Shown here piece after piece: positions 1-8,967 of a DNA stretch of 64,000 nucleotides (within the stretch, counting starts at the first letter, position 1; each line of letters starts with the position of its first letter). Location of the stretch: assembly GCA_040390045.1 (NCBI GenBank), contig JAZJZC010000004.1:579-64578 (forward strand), given 5' to 3'. Under the pieces are notes generated by a model, which was not told the origin of the DNA, made no database searches, and saw only the letters and a program-made list of their open reading frames with translations. Position numbers and translations under genes: made by a program. This stretch comes from Patescibacteria group bacterium (GTDB lineage: Bacteria; Patescibacteriota; Minisyncoccia; Phycocordibacterales; SIBU01).

Positions 1-60
1 TTTCAATAGACCGAAAGAATGTTATAATCGTCTTATTATTCTCTAAATTAAATAAATTAC

Positions 61-615
61 ATGAAAAAATCTGTATACATTATCGGTGCGATTATAGTTG
101 TGGTTTTACTCTATGGTTGGATGACCTACAACAGTTTAGTTTCTGCCAACGTAGCCGTTGACGGACAGTGGGCACAGGTGGAAACTCAGTATCAACGACG
201 TTTTGATTTAATTCCAAACCTCGTTGCCACAGTTTCAGGAATTTTCAAGCAAGAACAAACAGTTTTCACCGCTCTTGCTGATGCTCGAGCTCATTACAGC
301 GGCGCACAAAATGTTGATGCAAAAGCTTCAGCTGCGACAGAAGTAGAAAGCGCGCTCTCAAGGCTTTTGGTAGTTGTTGAAAATTATCCAGAATTGAAAT
401 CTTCTGAGGCGGTACAAAATCTTATGGCGGAATTGGCTGGTACCGAAAATCGCGTCAGTGTTGAACGAAAACGTTTCAACGAACAAGTTCAGAGTTACAA
501 TCTTTTGACTAGCCGTTTCCCGTCCTCAATCATTGCTTCGATTGCTGGGTTTAAGGATCGAGCGTATTTCCAAGCTGCCACAGGCTCTGAGGTTGCACCC
601 AAGGTAAGTTTGTAA
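61..615 (+). CDS. lemA: LemA family protein
   Basis: N-terminal TM helix; motifs YNSLV, QYQRRFDLIPNLV, VENYPELKS, ENRVSVERKRFN. Confidence 0.95.
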   Translation: MKKSVYIIGAIIVVVLLYGWMTYNSLVSANVAVDGQWAQVETQYQRRFDLIPNLVATVSGIFKQEQTVFTALADARAHYSGAQNVDAKASAATEVESALSRLLVVVENYPELKSSEAVQNLMAELAGTENRVSVERKRFNEQVQSYNLLTSRFPSSIIASIAGFKDRAYFQAATGSEVAPKVSL

Positions 616-633
616 AGTTCTAAAGTTAATTAT

Positions 634-744
634 AACTCGCAGGTTTGGCGCTCTTCCCTGCCTACCGGCAGGCAGGTTCGTTGCTTCGCGCCTGATTCAC
701 CAGAATCACCTACTGGGTTAGAATTGCATCCAAACCTGCGAGTT
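634..744. repeat. Intergenic repeat family A, copy 1, with nested CCTGCCTACCGGCAGGCAGG palindrome
   Basis: Terminal IR AACTCGCAGGTTTGG/CCAAACCTGCGAGTT; core TGGCGC..TTCGTTGCTTC..CGCGCCT..GAATTGCATCCA shared with 13063-13185 and 15531-15641. Confidence 0.8.
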
Positions 745-781
745 CTAAGCAAAGATATTGATTAAGTCGAAGTTAAATTTA

Positions 782-1675
782 ATGATCTCCGCCTTTAAAA
801 AAGTTTTCTCTCTCTCGTTGGTTTTTCCATTGGTGGCTTTCGCATACCAAAGTCCCGGTAGCCCGACAGGTTTCGTGAATGACTTTGCAAATCTTTTGAG
901 TCAGCAGGCGCACGCCACGCTTGAATCCAAGTTGACCGCGTTTGAAAAAACCACGGGAGATGAAATCGCAGTAGTAACTGTTAAAAATCTTGGGGATGAA
1001 ACTGTTGAGGATTTTGCCGTGGCGCTTTTTAAGGAATGGGGAATTGGTGAAAAGGGGAAAGACAACGGTATTCTAGTTCTTGTGGCGGCAGAGGAACACA
1101 AAATTCGTATTGAAGTTGGTTACGGGCTTGAAGGTGATCTGACGGACGGAGAAGCCAGTTCAATCATCAGGAACATCATGACGCCAGCATTTCGTAACAA
1201 CGACTATGATGGTGGCATCCAAACTGCTGTCGATCAAATTATTGCCGCAGTCGCTCCCGATTACGCTTCGGGTGCGGGGATTGAGATCGAACCTATCTCA
1301 GAACAATCTGGTGAGGGTTTCGACTTCTCAAATATTTTTTTCTTTATCTTTTTTGTACCGATTTGGTTGGGCAGTATTCTCAGTCGTTCTAAGTCATGGT
1401 GGGCTGGGGGACTTGTCGGAGGGGTTATTGGCGTAGTACTTGGATTTATTTACGGTTTTTTGTATCTTGGTTTGATCGCGACCATTTTCCTTATCCCAAT
1501 CGGTCTGTTGTTTGATTTTTTGGTTTCTCGAACCTATACTAAAAGTACTAGTCGCGGTATCCGCCCACCATGGTGGATTGGAGGTGGAAGAATTGGTGGA
1601 GGTGGCGGAGGTTCTTCATTTGGAGGGTTTGGTGGCGGGGGAAGTGGTGGAGGTGGTTCTAGTGGAAGCTGGTAG
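782..1675 (+). CDS. TPM domain (YgcG-like) membrane protein with Gly-rich tail
   Basis: FVNDFANLL, EIAVVTV, WGIGEKGKDNGILVLVA, RIEVGYGLEG, GGGGSGGGGSSGSW end; usual lemA partner. Confidence 0.92.
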   Translation: MISAFKKVFSLSLVFPLVAFAYQSPGSPTGFVNDFANLLSQQAHATLESKLTAFEKTTGDEIAVVTVKNLGDETVEDFAVALFKEWGIGEKGKDNGILVLVAAEEHKIRIEVGYGLEGDLTDGEASSIIRNIMTPAFRNNDYDGGIQTAVDQIIAAVAPDYASGAGIEIEPISEQSGEGFDFSNIFFFIFFVPIWLGSILSRSKSWWAGGLVGGVIGVVLGFIYGFLYLGLIATIFLIPIGLLFDFLVSRTYTKSTSRGIRPPWWIGGGRIGGGGGGSSFGGFGGGGSGGGGSSGSW

Positions 1676-1733
1676 GAAAAGTAGATTCAAGATTCACGAT
1701 TTAAGATTAAAGAATCAGAGGGGAAGAATAAAT

Positions 1734-2351
1734 ATGCCGAAATTTAAACAAAAAGTTTTACAGTTGGCGGAAATGCGCATGAAAGATTTGGCGCGGGTTA
1801 CGCCGATTGATAAAGTGATTAAGTTTTTATTTTTGGGATTAATTCCGAAATCGGTAACCCCCAACCAAATTACCGTTTTTCGATTTGTTAGTGTGCCGTT
1901 TATTTTGGCCTTGTTGCTTACAGAGCAAAATCTTTGGGCGTTTGTTCTATTTTTGTTTTCCGCTTTGTCGGACGCAGTTGATGGAGCACTGGCGCGAACC
2001 GAAGGGCAAATTACTCGATGGGGAATTCTAGCTGATCCTTTGGCCGATAAATTATTGGTGGGAAGCGTGGCGGTGGTTTTAATTTCAAAATATCTCTCGT
2101 GGCATCTGACGTTTGTTATTGTGGCACTGGAAATATTTATTTTGGCCTCAGCGTATTTTCGCTATCGAGGTAAAGCTCTTCCGGCAAAAATTACCGGAAA
2201 GATAAAAATGGTTCTGCAGTGCTTCGGAATTATTTTTCTTTTTTGTTTCGTTCTTTTCGGCGGAGCATTCTGGCTTCTTCTCGCACAAGGCACACTCTAT
2301 CTCGGAGTTCTTTTCGCGCTTCTCAGCCTTTTCGTTCACAGATCAATTTAG
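1734..2351 (+). CDS. CDP-alcohol phosphatidyltransferase (PgsA-like)
   Basis: TPNQIT and DAVDGALAR..G..ADPLADK signature; start set at ATG 1734. Confidence 0.9.
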   Translation: MPKFKQKVLQLAEMRMKDLARVTPIDKVIKFLFLGLIPKSVTPNQITVFRFVSVPFILALLLTEQNLWAFVLFLFSALSDAVDGALARTEGQITRWGILADPLADKLLVGSVAVVLISKYLSWHLTFVIVALEIFILASAYFRYRGKALPAKITGKIKMVLQCFGIIFLFCFVLFGGAFWLLLAQGTLYLGVLFALLSLFVHRSI

Positions 2352-2399
2352 TTGAAAGATTAAGGATTTAAGACTACAGTAATAGTCTCTTGTTTACAT

Positions 2400-2486
2400 G
2401 GAGAGATGCCAGAGCGGTCGAATGGGCCACCCTGGAAAGGTGGTATGTCCGAAAGGGCATCGAGGGTTCGAATCCCTCTCTCTCCG
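2400..2486 (+). tRNA. tRNA-Ser(GGA)
   Basis: Acceptor GGAGAGA/TCTCTCC, anticodon arm CCACC-CTGGAAA-GGTGG, long variable arm, GGTTCGAATCC; no CCA. Confidence 0.95.
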
Positions 2487-2660
2487 CAATGAACCGCGCG
2501 AAAGTCTAAACGACTTTCGCGCGGTTCATCATTGCGTGGAGAGGGAGGGATTCGAACAGCAGAGTAAAATTTTTAGCAGAAAATTTTGTGAGCTGGTGCC
2601 CAGCCCGAGTTCGCTGACGAGCGAACGAGAGGTGCGGGCGAATCTCCTACCCTCCGCAAT
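2487..2660 (+). repeat. tRNA trailer element (antisense 3' copy + core + direct 3' copy)
   Basis: 18-bp hairpin, then GGAGAGGGAGGGATTCGAAC (antisense to T-arm/acceptor), shared core, then CGAATCTCCTACCCTCCGCAAT. Confidence 0.85.
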
Positions 2661-2714
2661 AGAGTTTTGATAAGAGTGTGACTTGAGTACCTAAAAGGAT
2701 CACTTTAAGTTAGA

Positions 2715-3032
2715 ATGGTAAATATGGAAGGCAAGCTGAATAATATAAAATCTGGGTTCTCTGGCTACATGGCCAGGAGGGGGTATGAGTTGGTTGAAGA
2801 GAGAAATTACCCCGAGGCTTTTGGAAGTTGGTATATTGTCTATAAAAATGATTCTCGCTTTATCAGGCTTGTCTGGGATGGAAAAGATTGCGAGATTATA
2901 ATAGAAGAAAGCGAGGCCAGTGTAGCGACTACTGTATCATGGAAAAATATTGTGAACTATACATTGAAAGCAGATCTTCCAGCACCAGCAATTGAAGAGA
3001 TTGAATCAATTCTCGAAAAAAGTATTTTTTAG
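2715..3032 (+). CDS. hypothetical protein
   Basis: 105-aa ORF, first of a co-oriented run; PEAFGSWY segment. Confidence 0.6.
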   Translation: MVNMEGKLNNIKSGFSGYMARRGYELVEERNYPEAFGSWYIVYKNDSRFIRLVWDGKDCEIIIEESEASVATTVSWKNIVNYTLKADLPAPAIEEIESILEKSIF

Positions 3033-3179
3033 GCAGGTTATTCAACTTTGAAAAGATACCAAAAATTGTACAAACCTGAGAGGGTTAACGATATTAGTTG
3101 TAGGTATAAATTGACCCCATTCTTTTCGATAAGGGTGTGTTAAAATGGTTAGATTAATTAGTAATTTTAAATCACCACT

Positions 3180-3482
3180 ATGTTTTTTGGTATATTTGGT
3201 TGGGGAAAGAAATCCAGGAGATGGCCAATTGGCGAGGGTAAAGAACTCGTTGCGACATGGTCTTATTTTTCGCTAAATTTCGTGGCTCTTGCGTGGGCGA
3301 TACATTGGTACGTGATTGGAGAAAATCGTTCGGAAGACCGAGAGGTCACATACGACGAAGTTAAAGCACTTTTCCCTCAAAATACGCCGCATCTTACTAG
3401 CCTGGAACAATACGGCCTTTGGTGGGTAATCGGTGCTACCGCCTTACTTGTTATCTACGCTTTTGCAAATCGACAGTGGTAA
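3180..3482 (+). CDS. hypothetical membrane protein
   Basis: MFFGIFGWG start, C-terminal TM helix. Confidence 0.65.
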   Translation: MFFGIFGWGKKSRRWPIGEGKELVATWSYFSLNFVALAWAIHWYVIGENRSEDREVTYDEVKALFPQNTPHLTSLEQYGLWWVIGATALLVIYAFANRQW

Positions 3483-3509
3483 TTTGCGAAAAGTGTCTGG
3501 ATTTAAATT

Positions 3510-3935
3510 ATGACCGAAAAAACAATTCTAACTCCTGAGCTTAAAGTTTTTGATTTTAATGCCAGTTTGGATTTTTACACCAAACTTGTAGGATTTGAGG
3601 TGCTGTACGATCGACCGGAAGAAAATTTTGCTATGCTCGGTATAAACGGAGCTCGCATTATGATCGAAGCCCTAACTCCAAAAAGTCGCACATGGAAAGT
3701 GGGGAATTTAGAAAGGCCACTCGGTCGTGGCATGCATTTTCAGATAGAAGTACCAGATGTTCAAGTGTTGTATCAAAACTTCAAAAATGCTGGTTGGCCA
3801 ATTTTCTTTGAAATGGAAGAAAAATGGTATCGGATGAATGATCGGGAACTTGGTAATAAACAATTTTTAGTGCAGGACCCCGATGGATATTTGTTAAGAT
3901 TTTTTCAGGATTTGGGTAGCAAGCCAATTAAATAA
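3510..3935 (+). CDS. VOC/glyoxalase/bleomycin-resistance family protein
   Basis: LTPEL..SLDFYT..GFEV, QFLVQDPDGYLLRF. Confidence 0.92.
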   Translation: MTEKTILTPELKVFDFNASLDFYTKLVGFEVLYDRPEENFAMLGINGARIMIEALTPKSRTWKVGNLERPLGRGMHFQIEVPDVQVLYQNFKNAGWPIFFEMEEKWYRMNDRELGNKQFLVQDPDGYLLRFFQDLGSKPIK

Positions 3936-3938
3936 TTT

Positions 3939-4580
3939 ATGACTAGTTGGTACCAAAAAAATATTGTTCCTCGTTTGCTCAATTTTGAAATGGGCGGAGA
4001 TGATTTGGAAAAGATCCGCCGTGTAGTTTTAGAGAAAGTAAAAGGCGCGGTTTTAGAAATTGGTGTGGGGCCGGGCTACAATTTTGCATTGTATAAAAAT
4101 ATTTCAAAATTATTTGCCCTCGAACCTTCGAAAGAACTTATCGAGATTGCCAAAACCCGTCTTGGTTCAACGTCATTTCCTATTGAATTTTTAAATACAG
4201 GAGCGGAACATATTCCACTGCCGGATCACTCTGTCGATACAGTAGTATCAACATGGACACTTTGTAGTGTTTCAGATCCTAGAAAGGTGTTGAGTGAAAT
4301 CAAACGCGTACTTCGCCCCAGCGGTAGTTTTATTTTTGTTGATCACGGAGCTTCACCTAATTTTTTAATTCGAATGATTCAAACTGCCTCAACATTTTTT
4401 ACTAAATATTTTACGGGCAATTGTCACTACGATCGACAACTTGAGAAATTGATTAGAGGAGCCGGTTTTGATATTAAGAAAATTGAGCACCCACGCGAGG
4501 GCTTTAAACTTTTGATTTATAATTTTCAAGGTGTTGCTATTCCAGTAAATTTGGAAACTAAGTTTCCAAATTTAATTTAA
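3939..4580 (+). CDS. class I SAM-dependent methyltransferase
   Basis: VLEIGVGPG, SVDTVVSTWTLCSV, EIKRVLRPSG. Confidence 0.92.
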   Translation: MTSWYQKNIVPRLLNFEMGGDDLEKIRRVVLEKVKGAVLEIGVGPGYNFALYKNISKLFALEPSKELIEIAKTRLGSTSFPIEFLNTGAEHIPLPDHSVDTVVSTWTLCSVSDPRKVLSEIKRVLRPSGSFIFVDHGASPNFLIRMIQTASTFFTKYFTGNCHYDRQLEKLIRGAGFDIKKIEHPREGFKLLIYNFQGVAIPVNLETKFPNLI

Positions 4581-4583
4581 AAC

Positions 4584-5151
4584 ATGAGCCAAAATATCAG
4601 AAATGAAATTTTAGAGATTGTGCGAAAAATTAAGCCGTACGATGAAATTGAACGCGTGCATATTGCTGATGCAATTTCGTGGATACAGAGTGGCGCTGAA
4701 ATATTTCGGATACAAAAACCCGATATTCCGGCGAAACATTTAGTTTCTTATTTTGTTTTGGTTGATCCTAAAAAGCAAAAAATACTTTTTAGTCGATCAT
4801 ATTAAAGCGCAACTGTGGCTTCCGGCCGGTGGACATGTGGAATTGAATGAGCATCCGAGAGTGACCGTTCAAAGAGAAATTATCGAGGAGCTTAATATCG
4901 AAGCTAAATTTTTGGTCGTGGACGTTTTCTTTTTGACTCAAACTGTCACTGTCGGGCTAACTGCGGGACACACAGATGTTAGTTTGTGGTATGTTCTTGA
5001 AGCAGATTCAACTCAAACTCTCCAATATGATCCACGAGAATTTAATGGGTATAAGTGGTTTAGTTATGACGAAATAGTACAAACGCCACTCAAAAAATTA
5101 GACCCGAATCTTCATCGGTTTGTTAGAAAATGGATGAATATCAATTCCTAG
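4584..5151 (+). pseudogene. NUDIX hydrolase split by a single-base frameshift
   Basis: ORF 4584-4805 (HLVSYFVLVD) and ORF 4753-5151 (WLPAGGHVELNE..REIIEEL Nudix box) join if one base is removed in the A6/T5 runs near 4777-4790. Confidence 0.8.
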
Positions 5152-5180
5152 ACACTTAGTGTCTAGGAAGTTAGGAACTG

Positions 5181-5306
5181 TGAATTACAAAACCCCTCAA
5201 TCAACCCTTCTCTGTCCTTCCCGCGAAAGCGGGAATCCAGATTTCTCCCTTCAGTCCTAGATCCCCGCTTTCGCGGGGATGACACGTGAGAGGGTTTCGT
5301 AATTCA
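5181..5306. repeat. REP/REPIN-like paired palindrome
   Basis: GTCCTTCCCGCGAAAGCGGGAATCCAG ... CTAGATCCCCGCTTTCGCGGGGATGAC inside outer IR TGAATTAC/GTAATTCA, between convergent genes. Confidence 0.8.
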
Positions 5307-5320
5307 AAGTAGCAAGAATC

Positions 5321-7216
5321 TCACTTTTGATCAGGAGTCTCAAGCATTTTCAAAAGCTCAGAAGTTTTAGCGGTTGCTACGCCGACAACTAAATCTGCCG
5401 CACCGTAGTAGAAAAATAACGTATCACCGCGCTCAATCACTCCACAGGGGAAAACTACGCCGGGCACGATACCTTTCCATTCATAATCTTCAACTGGTTC
5501 AAAAATCGGAAAGACGGAACGGGCGAGCACCACTGTCGGATCATTTTTATCTAGAAGAGCTACTCCGACTCGGTAATGTGTGGTGTTTGAGACACCGTGA
5601 TAAAAGAATAACCAACCTTTTTTAGTTTCAACTGGTGGACAGGCCAGGCCAATTCTGCCGCCATCCCACATGCCGCGACGAGGGTGGAGGAGTGGAATAC
5701 AGGTACGTACTGGTTCATTTTTCCAATCGAGAGAATCGACAAAGTCGGCGCAGATCAAATCATCAATACGGTGAATAATCATGTACTTGCCATTTATTTT
5801 TTTCGGGAGAATACAGGCATCTTTGTTGCCCACGGAAGCAAAGGTGATGAGACTTGGCGTTGACCAATTCCACTCGCCGTTTTGCAAATCTTTGACCGAG
5901 ATAGATGTACCGGCAACGCGAGGCGTGTTGCCATCGTACGCGGTGTAGAAAACATGAACACGATCTTTGATGAGTGTGGCGCGTGGGTCTTCACAACCCT
6001 TACTTTCAAAATCAACACGCGGAGTATAAATAGGTTTTTCTGATCGTTCGTCAATTGAAAAACCATCAAGCGACGTGGCGAGGCCGAAAGTTGAAATGTT
6101 GTCGCTCGAAACTGCGCGATAAAAAATATAAATTTTACCGTCAATTTCTACTGAGGCCGGATTAAATGTACCACGAGTTTCAAAGGCTTTATCGGGGCGG
6201 GGACTGATGATCGGATTATTTGGTCCGCGAACAAAAAGTGGCTTTTTCTCTACCATTGAGGCGAGGAATTTTTTTAAGTTGACGCGGGCGATGCAGGAGT
6301 GAGTATCAGCCGCACCGTAATAGATTTCTAAATTTTCGTCGGAAATTATGGCGCCGGTTGGGAAAATAATGTTTGGCACTTGCCCGACGCGTTCGTAATA
6401 TTCTTCAGGCACCAAAAATGAACCCTTGGTTCTGCCAATGATAAGACGCGGATTGTTTTTGTCCAAAAGTAGGGCTTCCACACCAAAACTTCGGTCACCT
6501 TGAAAATAATTTTGAATATGAGAGTACACCACAAGCCAGCCGAGCGACGTCAGAATGGGCGGCGCGCCGAGTTCCACTTGTTCGTTATTTCCGCGACGAA
6601 CGTTTAGGGTATGAAGAGAAATATCTCTTTTCCATTTCTCCCAAAACTCGGGATTCCACATGTCAGATTCTTTTTCGAATTCAACGTAGCAGATTTCAGA
6701 CGGCGGTTCGTCGGTGCGAATGGTAAGGAGTGCTGCGAATTTACCACCAATCTTTTTTGGAAACAGCGCCATGGCTTTGGCGTTAAAGGGAGTAATGGAA
6801 TGTTTCTCCATAATTTCCATTTTCTCGTTGACTTTGGCGAGAGCAATACGAATACCGTCTTTTTGAACGGGGTACATTGAAAGTGCGGTATAAAAAATAT
6901 AGTGAATTTTGTTGAAGGTAGTTACTCGAGCATCTTCACAACCGAATTTTTCCCACTCATGTTCGGGAGTGATGAATTCTTGACGATTGTCGAAATGCTG
7001 ACCGTCAGAACTTTGCGCCAGCCCGATCGTCGACACTGAACGTCTCACTCCGTCTTGCAGTTTCGATTCAGATTGCGCGCGATACACAGCGGCTGTTACG
7101 GGAGATTTTCCAACTGGAGGAATTGGACACCAATTAAAACTGCCAGCGGATTCCCATTCGTGGTGAACTTCGGGGGAGAGGATTGGATTGTGTTTATCGC
7201 GTTCAATTACAAACAT
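5321..7216 (-). CDS. tandem two-domain GH130-like glycosidase/mannoside phosphorylase
   Basis: Two repeats of NPI(L/I)SP..FN..GCED(A/P)R..N.K..YE..G.VP..(I/V)FP.G..YYGAAD. Confidence 0.85.
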   Translation of the reverse strand: MFVIERDKHNPILSPEVHHEWESAGSFNWCPIPPVGKSPVTAAVYRAQSESKLQDGVRRSVSTIGLAQSSDGQHFDNRQEFITPEHEWEKFGCEDARVTTFNKIHYIFYTALSMYPVQKDGIRIALAKVNEKMEIMEKHSITPFNAKAMALFPKKIGGKFAALLTIRTDEPPSEICYVEFEKESDMWNPEFWEKWKRDISLHTLNVRRGNNEQVELGAPPILTSLGWLVVYSHIQNYFQGDRSFGVEALLLDKNNPRLIIGRTKGSFLVPEEYYERVGQVPNIIFPTGAIISDENLEIYYGAADTHSCIARVNLKKFLASMVEKKPLFVRGPNNPIISPRPDKAFETRGTFNPASVEIDGKIYIFYRAVSSDNISTFGLATSLDGFSIDERSEKPIYTPRVDFESKGCEDPRATLIKDRVHVFYTAYDGNTPRVAGTSISVKDLQNGEWNWSTPSLITFASVGNKDACILPKKINGKYMIIHRIDDLICADFVDSLDWKNEPVRTCIPLLHPRRGMWDGGRIGLACPPVETKKGWLFFYHGVSNTTHYRVGVALLDKNDPTVVLARSVFPIFEPVEDYEWKGIVPGVVFPCGVIERGDTLFFYYGAADLVVGVATAKTSELLKMLETPDQK

Positions 7217-7256
7217 ATATTTTGTCGCTAAATTGTATCATATTATAAATTTTAAT

Positions 7257-7374
7257 TTCGATACGAAAATACGAATTATATATACGAATATACGAAATTA
7301 TACGAAAACTTTTGCGGTGGCACTACAATTTTTGTATATTTTCGTATTTTCGTTAGTCCGTCTTTCGTATTGAA
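7257..7374. repeat. TACGAA-type inverted microsatellite, copy 1
   Basis: Run of TACGAA(A) units followed by a run of (T)TTCGTA units; same design at 25306-25417 and 47431-47534. Confidence 0.8.
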
Positions 7375-7389
7375 GGACAGTCTTTATAT

Positions 7390-8493
7390 TTATACCCGTT
7401 CAAGCTGACTAAAAATTTTCGAAAGTGGCGCGCTTGCCATGCAGACGTGTTTATCACCTCCGCCGTAGTATACGAAGAGTGTGTCGTTTTTAATAACCGC
7501 TCCGCAGGCGTAAATTACTCCCGGCTTCCAATCATTCTCATACCATTCATCGGGAACAAGCAGAGGATTTTTTGCTTTAGCCAAAACGTTTTGCGGATTA
7601 TTCAAATCTAAAAGTAGAGCTCCAAGTTTGTAGCGATCCGGATCTTTTTTATCAATCGCATGATAGAGCACAAGCCAGCCTTTTTCTGTTAGCAAAGGTG
7701 GCGGTCCCACTCCGCGTCTCATTGTATCCCATCCCTTAGCTCTTGGTTCTTGCGCAAAACGACTTTTTATCACGTTTCGGCCAGTTGTGAGATCTTCGAG
7801 TCGGTCGACATAATCAATTTGTACATTCGGCGAAACGCTGTGCAAAATGGCAAATTTCCCATTAATTTTTTTAGGAAAGAGCACCCAATTTTTGTGGATC
7901 TCTCCCTTCGGAGAAATGAACAAGGGTTTACTCCAATTCCATTTCTTCTCAAAAAAATCTTTTTCTTTTATCGAAACAGCGGCGATGCGAATAAAATCCC
8001 AACCATCGAAGGCGTTAAAAGTGACGTAAAGCCTGTCGTCAATTTTAACAATGCGGGGATCCTCAGCTCCGCCCCAGCTTCCACCAGAAGGATAGAGTCC
8101 GAAATCATATCGTTGAAGTTTTCGAGGAACATTGCTTCTCGGCGTGTCGAGGGCAAAGACCGGATAGGGAACAAAGTCATTAAATTCAATACCATCTTTG
8201 CTAGCGGAATATCCAAATCGCGAAATGCCATCAGAGCCCGTGGCGCGATAGAGCAAGTGAATTTTTCCATGCTCATCGGCAATGGCGGCCGGATTAAATG
8301 TTCCCGTCGCTTGCCACCAGTGTTCTTCTTTTGGTGAGAGCAGTGGATTTTTGGTGTGCCGCGCGAGTGAGTGTTTTTCAGATTCTGCCTGAGATTTTTT
8401 GGCTTTTCGAACGAGGCGTCTGGACAATACAAAAGCCAGAATCAAAATGGAAATAATTAAAATTAGATCTGTAAAAAGAAAAGATAACGGCAT
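7390..8493 (-). CDS. GH130-like glycosidase with N-terminal membrane anchor
   Basis: TM helix, NPLLSP, TFNPAA, GAEDPR, KNWVLFP, YYGGGD. Confidence 0.85.
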   Translation of the reverse strand: MPLSFLFTDLILIISILILAFVLSRRLVRKAKKSQAESEKHSLARHTKNPLLSPKEEHWWQATGTFNPAAIADEHGKIHLLYRATGSDGISRFGYSASKDGIEFNDFVPYPVFALDTPRSNVPRKLQRYDFGLYPSGGSWGGAEDPRIVKIDDRLYVTFNAFDGWDFIRIAAVSIKEKDFFEKKWNWSKPLFISPKGEIHKNWVLFPKKINGKFAILHSVSPNVQIDYVDRLEDLTTGRNVIKSRFAQEPRAKGWDTMRRGVGPPPLLTEKGWLVLYHAIDKKDPDRYKLGALLLDLNNPQNVLAKAKNPLLVPDEWYENDWKPGVIYACGAVIKNDTLFVYYGGGDKHVCMASAPLSKIFSQLERV

Positions 8494-8527
8494 GAATTAT
8501 AAAAAATCGATTTGTAATCGAAAATGC

Positions 8528-8890
8528 CTAGGCCCGTCCATACTTATCCTCAAAACGAACGATATCTGCTTCGTCAAATTCACCGCGCGAAATTTCTAAA
8601 AAAACTACGGGACTTGAGCTGGCTTCGATGTGATGTTTTGTTCCTCGCAGAACGCTGTATTCAAGTCCAGGCGCGACGGCTGTTTTTGTGCCACCCACAG
8701 TAATTGTTCCTTCCCCAGAAATAATTTTCCAAAACTCATCTCGATGTTCGTGTGATTGCAAACTAAACGCCTGTCCAGCATTGACCGTAATAATTTTAAC
8801 TGTCACCGGTTCATTTTTGGTAAATCGGGTAAACGATCCCCATGGCCGCTTTTCAGTATATATAGAGTTATCCATAGAAGTACCACCCAT
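8528..8890 (-). CDS. mannose-6-phosphate isomerase type II cupin domain protein
   Basis: RPWGSF, SLQSHEHRDEFW, DIVRFEDKYGR. Confidence 0.9.
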   Translation of the reverse strand: MGGTSMDNSIYTEKRPWGSFTRFTKNEPVTVKIITVNAGQAFSLQSHEHRDEFWKIISGEGTITVGGTKTAVAPGLEYSVLRGTKHHIEASSSPVVFLEISRGEFDEADIVRFEDKYGRA

Positions 8891-8967
8891 ACGTTTGTAT
8901 TTGTTACCAATTATTATATCACTATTTATATGCGAGACCTGTTTATAACCGAACCTAATTTTACCGA

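Noticed and set aside
2398-2670. ORFs over tRNAs and trailers (also 29862-30065, 39741-40193, 41848-42196)
   Set aside because: Shadow frames across RNA genes and GC-rich repeats.
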